A stretch of 64,000 bases of DNA from an uncultured Bacteroidales bacterium (lineage in GTDB: Bacteria; Bacteroidota; Bacteroidia; Bacteroidales; UBA932), in contig UQWT01000003.1 of assembly GCA_900544815.1 (NCBI GenBank), positions 157 through 64,156 on the forward strand, written 5' to 3'. A program made the position numbers and the translations under genes. Shown one piece after another: positions 45,522-55,070 of this stretch; position 1 is the stretch's first letter, and each line of letters opens with the position of its first letter. The notes under the pieces are model-generated. The model did not search any database, had not been told where the DNA came from, and worked only from the letters and a program-made list of their open reading frames with translations.

Positions 45522-46173
45522 CCTTCATCTCAAATATTCTGTCACTCATCTGCGCCAGCTCGCGTTCGTGAGTAACTATTACAATGGTCTGCCTGAGCTT
45601 GTCCCTTAATTTAAAGAAAAGATCGTGCAGCTCCGCTTTATTTTTGCTGTCTAAGTTTCCCGACGGTTCATCGGCAAACAGCACTGCCGGGCTGTTTATC
45701 AACGCCCTTGCAATGGCAACCCTCTGCTGCTCTCCACCGCTGAGCTCCTTTGGCTTATGTTCAAGTCTTTCTCCCAATCCCAAATCGGATAACAGCATTA
45801 CAGCCCTTTCTCTTATATCAGCCTCCTTTTTCTTCTCTTTGTTATTGCAATTGTATATCCGGGCCGGCAACATTACATTTTCCAAGGCAGTAAATTCCGG
45901 CAAGAGGTGATGAAACTGGAATACAAAACCTATTTTGCTGTTTCTGAACAATGCCAGACCATCTCCCTTTAATTTTGATATATCAGTTCCGTCTATTATC
46001 ACCTCCCCACTTGTAGGTGGAAGGAGCGAACCCATAATCTGCAAAAGAGTAGACTTCCCGGCACCGCTGGCACCTACAATAGAGACAACCTCCCCTTTGT
46101 TGATTTTAAGATTTATATTCTTAAGGACATGCAGCTGTCCGAATGATTTATTTATATTATTGCAGATTATCAC
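45508..46173 (-). CDS. ABC transporter ATP-binding protein (LolD-like)
   Basis: Walker [10 protein letters not shown], signature [15 protein letters not shown] and Walker B LFADEP; 221 aa. Confidence 0.85.
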   Translation of the reverse strand: MIICNNINKSFGQLHVLKNINLKINKGEVVSIVGASGAGKSTLLQIMGSLLPPTSGEVIIDGTDISKLKGDGLALFRNSKIGFVFQFHHLLPEFTALENVMLPARIYNCNNKEKKKEADIRERAVMLLSDLGLGERLEHKPKELSGGEQQRVAIARALINSPAVLFADEPSGNLDSKNKAELHDLFFKLRDKLRQTIVIVTHERELAQMSDRIFEMKDGRL

Positions 46174-46200
46174 TTTGCACTTTGTTTATTTCGCAAAGGT

Positions 46201-46240
46201 AAACAAAAAGAGGGGGACCGTCAAACCGATCCCCCCTCCT
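46201..46240 (-). terminator. intrinsic terminator downstream of the EF-G paralogue
   Basis: On the minus strand, gagggggg...ccccctc G/C-rich stem followed by tttttgttt. Confidence 0.5.
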
Positions 46241-46304
46241 CTTGGTTAGATTATAGTATCAAATGATTAAAATATCACAATATAAAAGTTCATAGTAAAA
46301 TATA

Positions 46305-46329
46305 ACCAAAGCCAAAGTTTAATTATAGT
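46305..46329. repeat. short fragment of the mosaic repeat family, copy F
   Basis: aaccaaagccaaagtttaattatag abuts the stop codon at 46331. Confidence 0.4.
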
Positions 46330-46330
46330 A

Positions 46331-48484
46331 CTACTCCTCCTTCTCACTTGCTTCGTAAGCCTTAAGCAGTTTGTCTTGAACATCTGCAGGCACCTGTTGG
46401 TAATCTGCAAAACTCATTGTAAATGTTGCTCTTCCGCTTGTAAGCGAACTTAGAGTTGTAGAATATTTATACAATTCTGCCAATGGAACTCTTGCCCTAA
46501 GCACCTCGAATCCCTTCTCGCTGTTCATTCCCTCTATGATAGCTCTGCGGTTTTGAAGGTCAGACATAACATCTCCCATACAGTCTGACGGTACAAGGAT
46601 CTCAACATTGTAGATAGGTTCCATGATCTTAGGACCGGCCTTCTTGAATGCCTCTTTAAATGCATTTCTGGCAGCAAGTTTAAATGCCATTTCGTTTGAA
46701 TCTACGGGGTGCATCTTACCATCATATACATATACTCTAATATCACGTGCATATGATCCTGTAAGAGGTCCCTCATTCATCTTCTCCATAACACCTTTAA
46801 GGATTGCAGGCATAAATCTGGCATCAATTGCACCGCCTACTATACAGTTATAGTATTCAAGTTTTCCGCCCCACTCTAGAGGGTACTCCTCTTTTCCTTT
46901 GATATTAAGGACATAATCCTGTCCGTCTGCTTTAAACTTGTTGTTCTGAGGTGCTCCCTCTGTGTATGGCTCAATGATAATATGAACCTCGCCAAACTGA
47001 CCTGCTCCGCCGGACTGTTTCTTGTGTCTGTAATCCGCTCTTGCAACCTTTGTGATGGTCTCACGATATGGGATTCTTGGAGCAAACAGATCTATATCCA
47101 ATTTATGTATATTGTTTATCTGCCACTTAAGAATATTTATATGATGCTCTCCCTGTCCGCTCAAGATAGTCTGTTTAAGTTCTTTTGAATACTCAACAAT
47201 AATGGTAGGATCTTCTGCACTCGCCCTGTTAAGGATCTCGCCAAGTTTTTCGTCATCCTTCTCCTCTTTAGCCTTTATAGCCGTGCGGAATTTAGGAGCA
47301 GGGAACTGTGTAGGGGCAAACTCCCAGTCGCAACCGACAGCATCTAATGTCTGGTTTGTCTTAACACTCTTTAGTTTTACGGTACATGCTATATCGCCTG
47401 CACAAACCTCGGAGATCTTCTCTCTCTTCTTACCGGCAGATGCGTATATAATTGAGATACGCTCCTTGTTGCCGTTGACAGGATTTACAAGGTCCATTCC
47501 CTCTGTAAGTTTGCCTGACATAACCTTAAAATATGTTACTTCACCAAGATGCTGTTCCATTCCTGTCTTGTAAACAAACAACGAAGTAGGACCGTTTGAA
47601 TCCACTTTCACCTCTGTGCCGTCTACAAGTTTGTTAGGACAAAGATCCGGGCTTGGGCATGTATTGATTGTAAACTCCATCAGTCTCTTTACACCAATAT
47701 CTTTCTTTGCAGAGAGACAGAATACAGGCATTATATCCCCCTTTCTCATTCCTATCTTAAGGCCTGCCCTAATCTCATCCTCTGTAAGTTTTCCTTTGTC
47801 AAAGAATGCCTCCATAAGGGTCTCGTCATTCTCTGCAGACATCTCTACCAACTGCTGGTGCAACTCTGCAGCCTCATCTGCATACTCAGCAGGAATATCT
47901 GCCTCCAATCGTGTACCATTCTCATCTGTAAATGTGTATAACTTCATTTTAAGCACATCCACAAACTGGTTGAAGTTTGTACCGGCATTAACAGGGAACT
48001 GAACAAGAACTATCTTGTTGCCAAATGACTGCCTAAGAGAATCTATTGTTGCATGCCAATCCGCCTTCTCCGAATCCAACTGGTTTACACCAATTATAAG
48101 CGGCTTGTTGTGTTTCTGTGCATGCCTTGCAAATATCTCTGTTCCAACCTCAACACCCTGAGTTGCATTAACTATGAGGACTCCGTTCTCAGCTACGGAA
48201 AATGCAGAATAGACGCCCCCTACAAAATCATCTGAGCCCGGGGTATCTATAATATTGAACTTTGTATCCTTAAATTCTGTATATAATAGAGTAGAAAAAA
48301 TAGAGCGCTGATATATCTGCTCAATCTCTGTATTATCACTTATTGTGTTCTTTGCCTCAACAGAACCTCTTCTGTCTATGATTTTTCCTTCAAACATCAT
48401 TGTTTCGGCAAGAGTGGTTTTCCCGGATTTAGAGCTTCCCAAGAGGACTATATTCCTCACATTTTGGGTGTTGTAAGTTTTCAT
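46331..48484 (-). CDS. elongation factor G paralogue (EF-G2-like translational GTPase)
   Basis: G1 GSSKSGKTT, DTPGSDDF and NQLD, with EF-G domains II-V collinear; 717 aa. The P-loop context differs from canonical AHIDAGKTT. Confidence 0.8.
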   Translation of the reverse strand: MKTYNTQNVRNIVLLGSSKSGKTTLAETMMFEGKIIDRRGSVEAKNTISDNTEIEQIYQRSIFSTLLYTEFKDTKFNIIDTPGSDDFVGGVYSAFSVAENGVLIVNATQGVEVGTEIFARHAQKHNKPLIIGVNQLDSEKADWHATIDSLRQSFGNKIVLVQFPVNAGTNFNQFVDVLKMKLYTFTDENGTRLEADIPAEYADEAAELHQQLVEMSAENDETLMEAFFDKGKLTEDEIRAGLKIGMRKGDIMPVFCLSAKKDIGVKRLMEFTINTCPSPDLCPNKLVDGTEVKVDSNGPTSLFVYKTGMEQHLGEVTYFKVMSGKLTEGMDLVNPVNGNKERISIIYASAGKKREKISEVCAGDIACTVKLKSVKTNQTLDAVGCDWEFAPTQFPAPKFRTAIKAKEEKDDEKLGEILNRASAEDPTIIVEYSKELKQTILSGQGEHHINILKWQINNIHKLDIDLFAPRIPYRETITKVARADYRHKKQSGGAGQFGEVHIIIEPYTEGAPQNNKFKADGQDYVLNIKGKEEYPLEWGGKLEYYNCIVGGAIDARFMPAILKGVMEKMNEGPLTGSYARDIRVYVYDGKMHPVDSNEMAFKLAARNAFKEAFKKAGPKIMEPIYNVEILVPSDCMGDVMSDLQNRRAIIEGMNSEKGFEVLRARVPLAELYKYSTTLSSLTSGRATFTMSFADYQQVPADVQDKLLKAYEASEKEE

Positions 48485-48651
48485 ATCTTCTTTACTGTTA
48501 TTTAGTTTATATACTGTAATATTATTTTAATTTCTGCCATATTCTACCTCTGTTTTCAACAAACGGGCAGATTTTCAAAATTAAACAAAAATATTTGGAA
48601 AATCAATATTTTTACCAGTATAAATTGCGTTATTGTGAAAAAATTTACAAA

Positions 48652-49287
48652 CTAAAACAGCCTAGGCTCTAAATCGCTCTTTTTTAACAAAGTAAACGAT
48701 GCTCTGTGATACGGGCTTATTCCAAACTCGGCTATGGCTTTTCTATGGGCTTTGGTAGGATAACCTTTGTTCTTTTCCCAGTTGTAGTTTGGGTACTCCT
48801 TAGCCAACCTTGTCATATACTCATCTCTATGGGTTTTGGCTAATACAGAAGCTGCCGCAATGGAGGTATATTTGGAATCACCCTTAACTATACAATGATA
48901 TGGTATTCTTCTTCCCGACAAAGAACAATATTCTCTAAACTTGTTGCCATCTACAATTATATGCTCAGGCTCAATTGTAAGTTTATCTAAAGCACGCTGC
49001 ATTGCGGTTATGGATGCCTGCAGGATATTTATCTTATCTATCTCCTGCGCATCAACAAAACAGACAGCCCACGCAAGTGCATTCTCCTCTATGTAGGGTC
49101 TAAGCAACTCTCTATTATGTTCGGACAATTGTTTTGAATCATTCAAAAGGGGGTGATAAAACCCTTGTGGCAATATTACAGCAGCCGCAACTACAGGGCC
49201 TGCAAGACACCCTCTCCCGGCCTCATCACATCCCGCCTCCGTTTTGTTAGGAAGCATATAATCAAGTAAACTTGTAACCTGTTTCAT
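48652..49287 (-). CDS. rnhB: ribonuclease HII
   Basis: [21 protein letters not shown] and DSK...ASI.AK motifs. ATG at 49287 is preferred over the TTG at 49326. Confidence 0.9.
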   Translation of the reverse strand: MKQVTSLLDYMLPNKTEAGCDEAGRGCLAGPVVAAAVILPQGFYHPLLNDSKQLSEHNRELLRPYIEENALAWAVCFVDAQEIDKINILQASITAMQRALDKLTIEPEHIIVDGNKFREYCSLSGRRIPYHCIVKGDSKYTSIAAASVLAKTHRDEYMTRLAKEYPNYNWEKNKGYPTKAHRKAIAEFGISPYHRASFTLLKKSDLEPRLF

Positions 49288-49340
49288 AACCGCAAATTTA
49301 CCTTTTTTACAGAAAGTAAAGAACAACTAATTAGAAACAG

Positions 49341-49438
49341 CTTCTCTCTCCGTGCCTTAATTAGCTTTGGCTTTAGCTTTAGCCTTCTCTACCCTCTCTA
49401 CTTTCTCTACGCTTTCAACTTATAATTAAGGCTAACGC
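49341..49438. repeat. mosaic low-complexity intergenic repeat, copy E (MITE-like, ~10-bp terminal inverted repeats)
   Basis: gccttaatta-gctttggctttagctttagcc-ttctctaccctctctactttctctac-...-taattaaggc. It fills the rnhB/XRE intergenic gap and abuts the XRE stop codon. Confidence 0.7.
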
Positions 49439-49791
49439 TATTTACCGGACTTTGTATACTGGTTTAGAAGTTCTGCCTGAATGTTAATCTTGGCTGTAAG
49501 ATCATCTATCAACGCTCGCAACCTTATATTCTCGTTGATGAGAGCATCCATCCTTGAGCTAATATCATACAACTGCTTATCGCCGCTGTCGGACAAAAGA
49601 TAATCCGGAGAAACATCCAACAGAGATGCAATCTGCTCAACATGCCGGTTAACGAGTCTTGTTGGACCTGTTTCCAATTTTCTGTATGAGTTGAGCGATA
49701 TTTTAAGGGACTGTGCCATTTTCTCTTGCGAAAGTTTTTTACCTCTCCGCAAGTAAGATATTCTCTCCTTTATTTTGACATCTTTTCCCAT
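49438..49791 (-). CDS. XRE-family HTH protein with a C-terminal coiled coil
   Basis: KKLSQEKMAQSLKISLNSYRKLETG HTH, then the heptad-like ALINENIRLRALIDDLTAKINIQAELL. ATG at 49791. Confidence 0.65.
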   Translation of the reverse strand: MGKDVKIKERISYLRRGKKLSQEKMAQSLKISLNSYRKLETGPTRLVNRHVEQIASLLDVSPDYLLSDSGDKQLYDISSRMDALINENIRLRALIDDLTAKINIQAELLNQYTKSGK

Positions 49792-49878
49792 AGCTGGCAA
49801 CAACAGTTTTTATCAATTACAAAGTAAATGGATAACAATCTTGTTTATAGCCAACTTATATATTGTATTATTACACCT

Positions 49879-51045
49879 TTAAGTTGCTATTTTTACCCAA
49901 AAGATGTTATATGCTATACCTTTTATATATTTATGCGCATTGGTTACCGAGTCTTGGATGTCTTTTGATACCAGTTCTAAAGAAAAAATCTTTATATGGT
50001 GAGGTGGGTTCAATTTTGAAATGCCGCAAATTACATATAACATCTTATTGTACCTTTTGCATGCATCAAATACGGTACCAACAACCTTGCCGCTAAAGCT
50101 CTGACTGTCTAAACACCCCTCTCCTGTAAGTACAATATCCGCCCGTCTGACCATCTCGTCCAAATGATTAAGCTCAGCAAAAAAGAGACTTCCCTTAACA
50201 AGCTCTGCCCCAAGCAGCGCATGCAAGGCGTAACCAACCCCGCCTGCCGCCCCGGCTCCGGTAAATGAGCATCCGCAATCATGATATAATGCTGTGATCT
50301 TGGCAAAATTCTCTATACCACTTTCCAACTCCCTTTGAGCTGTTTTGTCTGCTCCTTTTTGAGGAGAGTATATATATGTGGCTCCGTTAGGGCCAAGCAG
50401 TGGATTGTCTACATCGCAGATTACCTTAATCCTAACATGTTTTTTTTCTAAAAGCTCATATACAGCAGATAGGTTAACGCATTCTATATCTTGCAAATCC
50501 GCTCCGGTTATGATGTGTGGTTCAAGCTCTGCCCATTTCCTTGAACATCTGTTATTCTTGTATGTAGTTGTCATGCCAAGAGCCTGCAACATGCCTGCTC
50601 CGCAATCGTTGGTGGCACTGCCTCCTATTGATAACCATATCTTTGTTGCTCCGCACTCGCATGCATCCTTTATTGCCTCTCCCAAACCGTATGTTGATGT
50701 GTAGAGTGGGTTACGCTCCTCTGTTTTAAGTAGTTCAAGGCCGCTTACTGCAGCCATCTCTATAAATGCTTTGGTACCGTTCAACAGATATTCTGCAACT
50801 ATCTCTCTTCCAAGTGGGTCACGTACATTACACTGTACCCTCCTGCCACCAAATTGCTGTGCAACAACATCTATGCTGCCATCTCCACCGTCTGCCATAG
50901 GTAGTAACTCTATATTTAAAGGGGATTTGTCGGGAAGCATATCTATATCATTATAAGCCTCTCTAATCCCTTCTGCCATTGCCTTGGCCGCCTCATACGC
51001 AGTGAGACTGCCTTTAAATTTATCCGGTGCAATTAAGATATTCAT
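49879..51045 (-). CDS. glycerate kinase
   Basis: MNILIAPDKFKGSLTAYEAAKAMAEGI...LPMADGGDGS, collinear with the GlxK/GarK N-terminus as I recall it; 388 aa. Confidence 0.85.
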   Translation of the reverse strand: MNILIAPDKFKGSLTAYEAAKAMAEGIREAYNDIDMLPDKSPLNIELLPMADGGDGSIDVVAQQFGGRRVQCNVRDPLGREIVAEYLLNGTKAFIEMAAVSGLELLKTEERNPLYTSTYGLGEAIKDACECGATKIWLSIGGSATNDCGAGMLQALGMTTTYKNNRCSRKWAELEPHIITGADLQDIECVNLSAVYELLEKKHVRIKVICDVDNPLLGPNGATYIYSPQKGADKTAQRELESGIENFAKITALYHDCGCSFTGAGAAGGVGYALHALLGAELVKGSLFFAELNHLDEMVRRADIVLTGEGCLDSQSFSGKVVGTVFDACKRYNKMLYVICGISKLNPPHHIKIFSLELVSKDIQDSVTNAHKYIKGIAYNIFWVKIAT

Positions 51046-51055
51046 TATATTTGTA

Positions 51056-51063
51056 CTTTTGAG
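51056..51063 (+). promoter_or_regulatory. candidate -7 box (TAnnTTTG) for the S46 peptidase gene
   Basis: tatatttg lies 39 nt upstream of the ATG at 51102. Confidence 0.3.
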
Positions 51064-51101
51064 GTCAAATTTACCGATAAACTTTTTAAAACATATACTA
51101 C

Positions 51102-53186
51102 ATGAAGAAATTAGCTCTATTTCTGGCAGGTGCGCTCATGTTTGCGCAGATGCCTCTAAAGGCTGACGAGGGTATGTGGCTGCTGCCGCTACTCCAGAAA
51201 CTTAACATAAACAAGATGCAGGATCTTGGGTTAAAGTTGTCGGCCGAGGATATTTATAATTTTAACAACTCATCTCTTAAAGATGCTATTGTGCAGTTTG
51301 GTGGAGGTTGTACCGGAGAGATTGTCTCAGACAAGGGTCTGTTGTTTACAAACCACCACTGCGGATATGCATCTATTCAGGCGTTAAGTTCTGTTGAGCA
51401 TGATTACCTTAATGATGGCTATTGGGCAATGAACCTGTCTGAAGAGCTTCCTGTAAACGGGCTTTCTGTTACATTCATAGATAGATTTACAGATGTTACT
51501 GCTCAAGTTGAGAAGGCTTTGGCAAAGGCCAAGACTGAGGAGGAGAAGGAGAAAGCTTTTATGGCTTTAAAGAATAAGTTAGAGAAAGAGGCTGTTGCTG
51601 CAGATCCTACACTTAACGCTGTCGTTACGAGTTTTTATGCAGGCAACCAGTACTATCTTATAACTTCAAGGACATTTAAGGATATACGGTTTGTTGGGGC
51701 ACCGCCTTCATCTATAGGAAAGTTTGGTGGTGATACAGATAACTGGATGTGGCCAAGACATACGGGCGATTTCTCTGTGTTCAGGGTTTACGCAGACAAG
51801 AACAACAATCCTGCTACCTATTCAAAGGATAATGTTCCATATACCCCTAAGAGGTCTCTTATAATATCTTTAAAAGGTATTAAAGAGAACGATTACGCAA
51901 TGATCATGGGATTCCCCGGCAGGACAACCCGTTTTATGACATCTTACGAGGCAGATGAAACTCAGCACACAATTAACCCTGTTGCAATTAAGGTAAGAAC
52001 TATAAAGCAGCAGATATGGAGGGAGGATATGTTGGCAGATCCAAAGGTTAATATCCAGTATGCCAGCAAGTTTTCAGGATCTTCCAACGGATGGAAGAAA
52101 TGGATGGGCATGGACGAGACCTTTAACAAACTTAAGGTTATAGAGAGAAGGGCTGCAGAGGAAACCAAATTTATGGAGTGGGTTAACAAGGATCCAAAGA
52201 GGGTGGAGAAATATGGCAAAGCGTTGGAGACCATTAAGGAGGTTATTGCAAACAGGAAAGAGGCTACGTATACACATCGTTATATGTATGAGGCTCCATA
52301 CTCAATAGAATTGGTAAGGGCAACCTCTGCCCGCTATGCCGGAGACAAAAAGGATGCTTTCTACAAAGACTACTCTGTTGGCACAGACAAGAAACTGGCG
52401 GCAGCAATGCTTAAAGTATTCAAAGAAAATGTTGACCCTAAATATCTTTTGGATGTATATTCAACCATAGATACTCAGTTTGGCGGCAGCATAGACAAAT
52501 ATGTAGATTGGCTGTACAGCACCTCTGTTTATACAAGTGCAGAAAAACTCACACAAGCAGAAAAAGACAACGTGGATCTTTCCAAAGATCCTGCAAACCT
52601 TTTGAGAAAAGATATCCTTAATCTGCAGTCTAAACTTATCCCATTCATTGAGGCAGGAGAGAAAGAGTTTGAGGAGGCGAGAAAAGCATATGTTGCAGGT
52701 GTTCTGGAGATGGGCGGAGACAAGCCTATGTACCCGGATGCAAACTTTACTTTAAGATTAACATACGGCAGTGTACTGCCATATTCACCTAAAGATGCCG
52801 TTGTATATAACTACTATACTACTTTAGACGGCGTTATGGAGAAGGAGGATCCAACCAATTTTGAATTTGTGGTTCCTGCGAAGTTAAAGGAGCTTTGGAA
52901 AAACAAGGATTTTGGAAGGTATGCAATGCCAAACGGCAAACTTCCGGTTGCATTCCTCTCTAACAACGACATTACCGGAGGTAATTCCGGAAGTCCTGTT
53001 CTTAATGATAAAGGGGAGCTTCTTGGACTTGCATTCGACGGCAACTGGGAGGCAATGAGTGGTGACGTTATCTTTGAACCCGAACTACAGAGATGTATAA
53101 ATGTTGATGTAAGATATGTACTGTTCATCATAGATAAGTTTGGCGGAGCCGGTTATCTGCTTGATGAGATGAAGTTGACTGAATAA
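51102..53186 (+). CDS. S46 family dipeptidyl-peptidase (DPP7/DPP11-like)
   Basis: Signal peptide then [35 protein letters not shown] (His), and C-terminal [25 protein letters not shown] (Ser). Confidence 0.9.
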   Translation: MKKLALFLAGALMFAQMPLKADEGMWLLPLLQKLNINKMQDLGLKLSAEDIYNFNNSSLKDAIVQFGGGCTGEIVSDKGLLFTNHHCGYASIQALSSVEHDYLNDGYWAMNLSEELPVNGLSVTFIDRFTDVTAQVEKALAKAKTEEEKEKAFMALKNKLEKEAVAADPTLNAVVTSFYAGNQYYLITSRTFKDIRFVGAPPSSIGKFGGDTDNWMWPRHTGDFSVFRVYADKNNNPATYSKDNVPYTPKRSLIISLKGIKENDYAMIMGFPGRTTRFMTSYEADETQHTINPVAIKVRTIKQQIWREDMLADPKVNIQYASKFSGSSNGWKKWMGMDETFNKLKVIERRAAEETKFMEWVNKDPKRVEKYGKALETIKEVIANRKEATYTHRYMYEAPYSIELVRATSARYAGDKKDAFYKDYSVGTDKKLAAAMLKVFKENVDPKYLLDVYSTIDTQFGGSIDKYVDWLYSTSVYTSAEKLTQAEKDNVDLSKDPANLLRKDILNLQSKLIPFIEAGEKEFEEARKAYVAGVLEMGGDKPMYPDANFTLRLTYGSVLPYSPKDAVVYNYYTTLDGVMEKEDPTNFEFVVPAKLKELWKNKDFGRYAMPNGKLPVAFLSNNDITGGNSGSPVLNDKGELLGLAFDGNWEAMSGDVIFEPELQRCINVDVRYVLFIIDKFGGAGYLLDEMKLTE

Positions 53187-54316
53187 TGAAAGATATTTTA
53201 GATATTCTTAAAACCGTGACCCACCCCGCTTACGACAAGAGCGTGGTGGATCTTGGGCTAATAGAGGATGTTAAGACAGAGACCTCCAATGACGGCAAAG
53301 TTGAAAAGGTAAAGTTCAAACTTGTATTTAAAGCTCCCGATGCCCTTAGTGGAGAGATAAAACGTGCATGCGAAGCAGCCATACAGAAAGCCCTCCCCGG
53401 TGTTAAGGTTAGCATAATGGAGCTTGTGCGCGAAAAGGCTGCAAAGAATGGTACCAATATAAACGACCTTACCAAGGATGATCTTGGCGGGATTGGCAAA
53501 ATTATAGCCGTAGCCTCCGGCAAGGGTGGTGTTGGAAAATCTACTGTATCTGTGAATCTTGCCATAACTCTCGCAAAGATGGGGTATAAGGTTGGTCTTG
53601 CAGATGCAGATGTTTACGGCCCTTCTATTCCAAAGATGACCCACACAGAGGGGGAGATCCCTAATGTGGAGTTTATCTACGAAGATGGCTACACAGATGA
53701 TGGTACAGCAGAAAGCCTTACCCGGCAGGGCGTTGCAAACCGTCATGGCAAATGTGTAAAACAGCTCATTGTCCCAATTGAAAAATATGGGGTAAAATGG
53801 ATGAGTATAGGTTACTTTGCCGCACCGGAACAGGCTCTTATCTGGAGAGGCCCAATGGCATGCAATGCTTTAAAACAGATGATCTTGCAGGTAAAATGGG
53901 GAGAGCCGGACTTTCTGCTTATAGATCTGCCGCCGGGAACAGGCGACATACACATAACATTGGTACACGATATTCCGCTTACAGGTGCTGTTATAGTTAC
54001 AACGCCACAGGATGTGGCGCTTGCAGATGTTGAGAAGGGTATAAACATGTACCGCAACAAGGATGTGAACAAACCCATATTGGGGCTTGTTGAGAATATG
54101 TCTTGGTTCACACCTGCAGAGTTGCCAAACAACAGATATTATATTTTTGGCAAGGATGGAGGAAAGAGAATGGCAGAGAAATATGGCGTTGCACTTCTTG
54201 GGCAAATTCCATTGGTACAGAGTATTAGAGAGAGCGGAGATGAGGGTGAGCCTGCCGCGCTTAAATATGAACCTGTCTACAATGCTTTTAAAGGTGTGGC
54301 AGATAAATTAGTTTAG
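53186..54316 (+). CDS. Mrp/NBP35 (ApbC) iron-sulfur cluster carrier ATPase
   Basis: N-terminal DUF59-like region, deviant Walker [20 protein letters not shown] and ENMS. TAATG overlap with the S46 gene. Confidence 0.85.
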   Translation: MKDILDILKTVTHPAYDKSVVDLGLIEDVKTETSNDGKVEKVKFKLVFKAPDALSGEIKRACEAAIQKALPGVKVSIMELVREKAAKNGTNINDLTKDDLGGIGKIIAVASGKGGVGKSTVSVNLAITLAKMGYKVGLADADVYGPSIPKMTHTEGEIPNVEFIYEDGYTDDGTAESLTRQGVANRHGKCVKQLIVPIEKYGVKWMSIGYFAAPEQALIWRGPMACNALKQMILQVKWGEPDFLLIDLPPGTGDIHITLVHDIPLTGAVIVTTPQDVALADVEKGINMYRNKDVNKPILGLVENMSWFTPAELPNNRYYIFGKDGGKRMAEKYGVALLGQIPLVQSIRESGDEGEPAALKYEPVYNAFKGVADKLV

Positions 54317-54324
54317 GTTTAAAA

Positions 54325-54942
54325 ATGAGACCGAACACAAAAAAACTTGATAAGGGGAAAAAGAGTTTTTCACAAAAACCGCTATCTCCGCAGGAGGCAA
54401 TCTTAAATGAGAAGAAACTGCTCAGGAAAAAAATAAAGGAGCTTAAAGAGGAGATGAGCCTGCCTGAAAGGAATGCCGTCTCTATGGTTACCCTTGCCAA
54501 ATTGGAGGCAGAGCCTGAGTTCAAATATGCCCGTACCTTTTTAATCTATTTTTCACTTCCCGACGAGATACAGACAGAGGCTTTTATAGACAAGTGGCAT
54601 TCACTTGGTAAGAGGGTGGTACTTCCTTTGGTGGTTGGGGATGATCTTGTCTTAAAGGAGTATGATCCCAAGAAGCTGCAAGAGGGGTATAAAGGAATTT
54701 ATGAACCCACAGAGGATTCTGCCACGGTTGAACCGTCTGAAATAGACCTTGCAATTATTCCCGGGGTTGCTTTTGATTATAAAGGTAACAGAATGGGGCG
54801 CGGGAAAGGGTTTTATGACAGATTCCTGCCAAAACTCACATGCCCTGTATGGGGTGTTGCCTTCCCTTTCCAGATGGTTAAGGAGATTCCATGCGAGGAG
54901 TTTGATAAGCCTGTAGATAAGGTGTTCTTCATAAACGAATAA
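54325..54942 (+). CDS. 5-formyltetrahydrofolate cyclo-ligase
   Basis: IPGVAFDYKGNRMGRGKGFYDRFL motif; 205 aa. Confidence 0.8.
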   Translation: MRPNTKKLDKGKKSFSQKPLSPQEAILNEKKLLRKKIKELKEEMSLPERNAVSMVTLAKLEAEPEFKYARTFLIYFSLPDEIQTEAFIDKWHSLGKRVVLPLVVGDDLVLKEYDPKKLQEGYKGIYEPTEDSATVEPSEIDLAIIPGVAFDYKGNRMGRGKGFYDRFLPKLTCPVWGVAFPFQMVKEIPCEEFDKPVDKVFFINE

Positions 54943-55011
54943 TATATTTACGGAGCTTTTTATGCCGTAGGCCGCTTTTAACGGGGCAGTATAAATGAAA
55001 TTATTATAAGA

Positions 55012-55043
55012 AAGGGTTAGTTGAACAATATCAGCTAACCCTT
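55012..55043. terminator. hairpin between convergent genes
   Basis: aagggttag-N14-ctaaccctt followed by tt; A/T-rich on both sides. Confidence 0.45.
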
Positions 55044-55070
55044 TTCCATAAAACTACCCTTTAATTTAAA

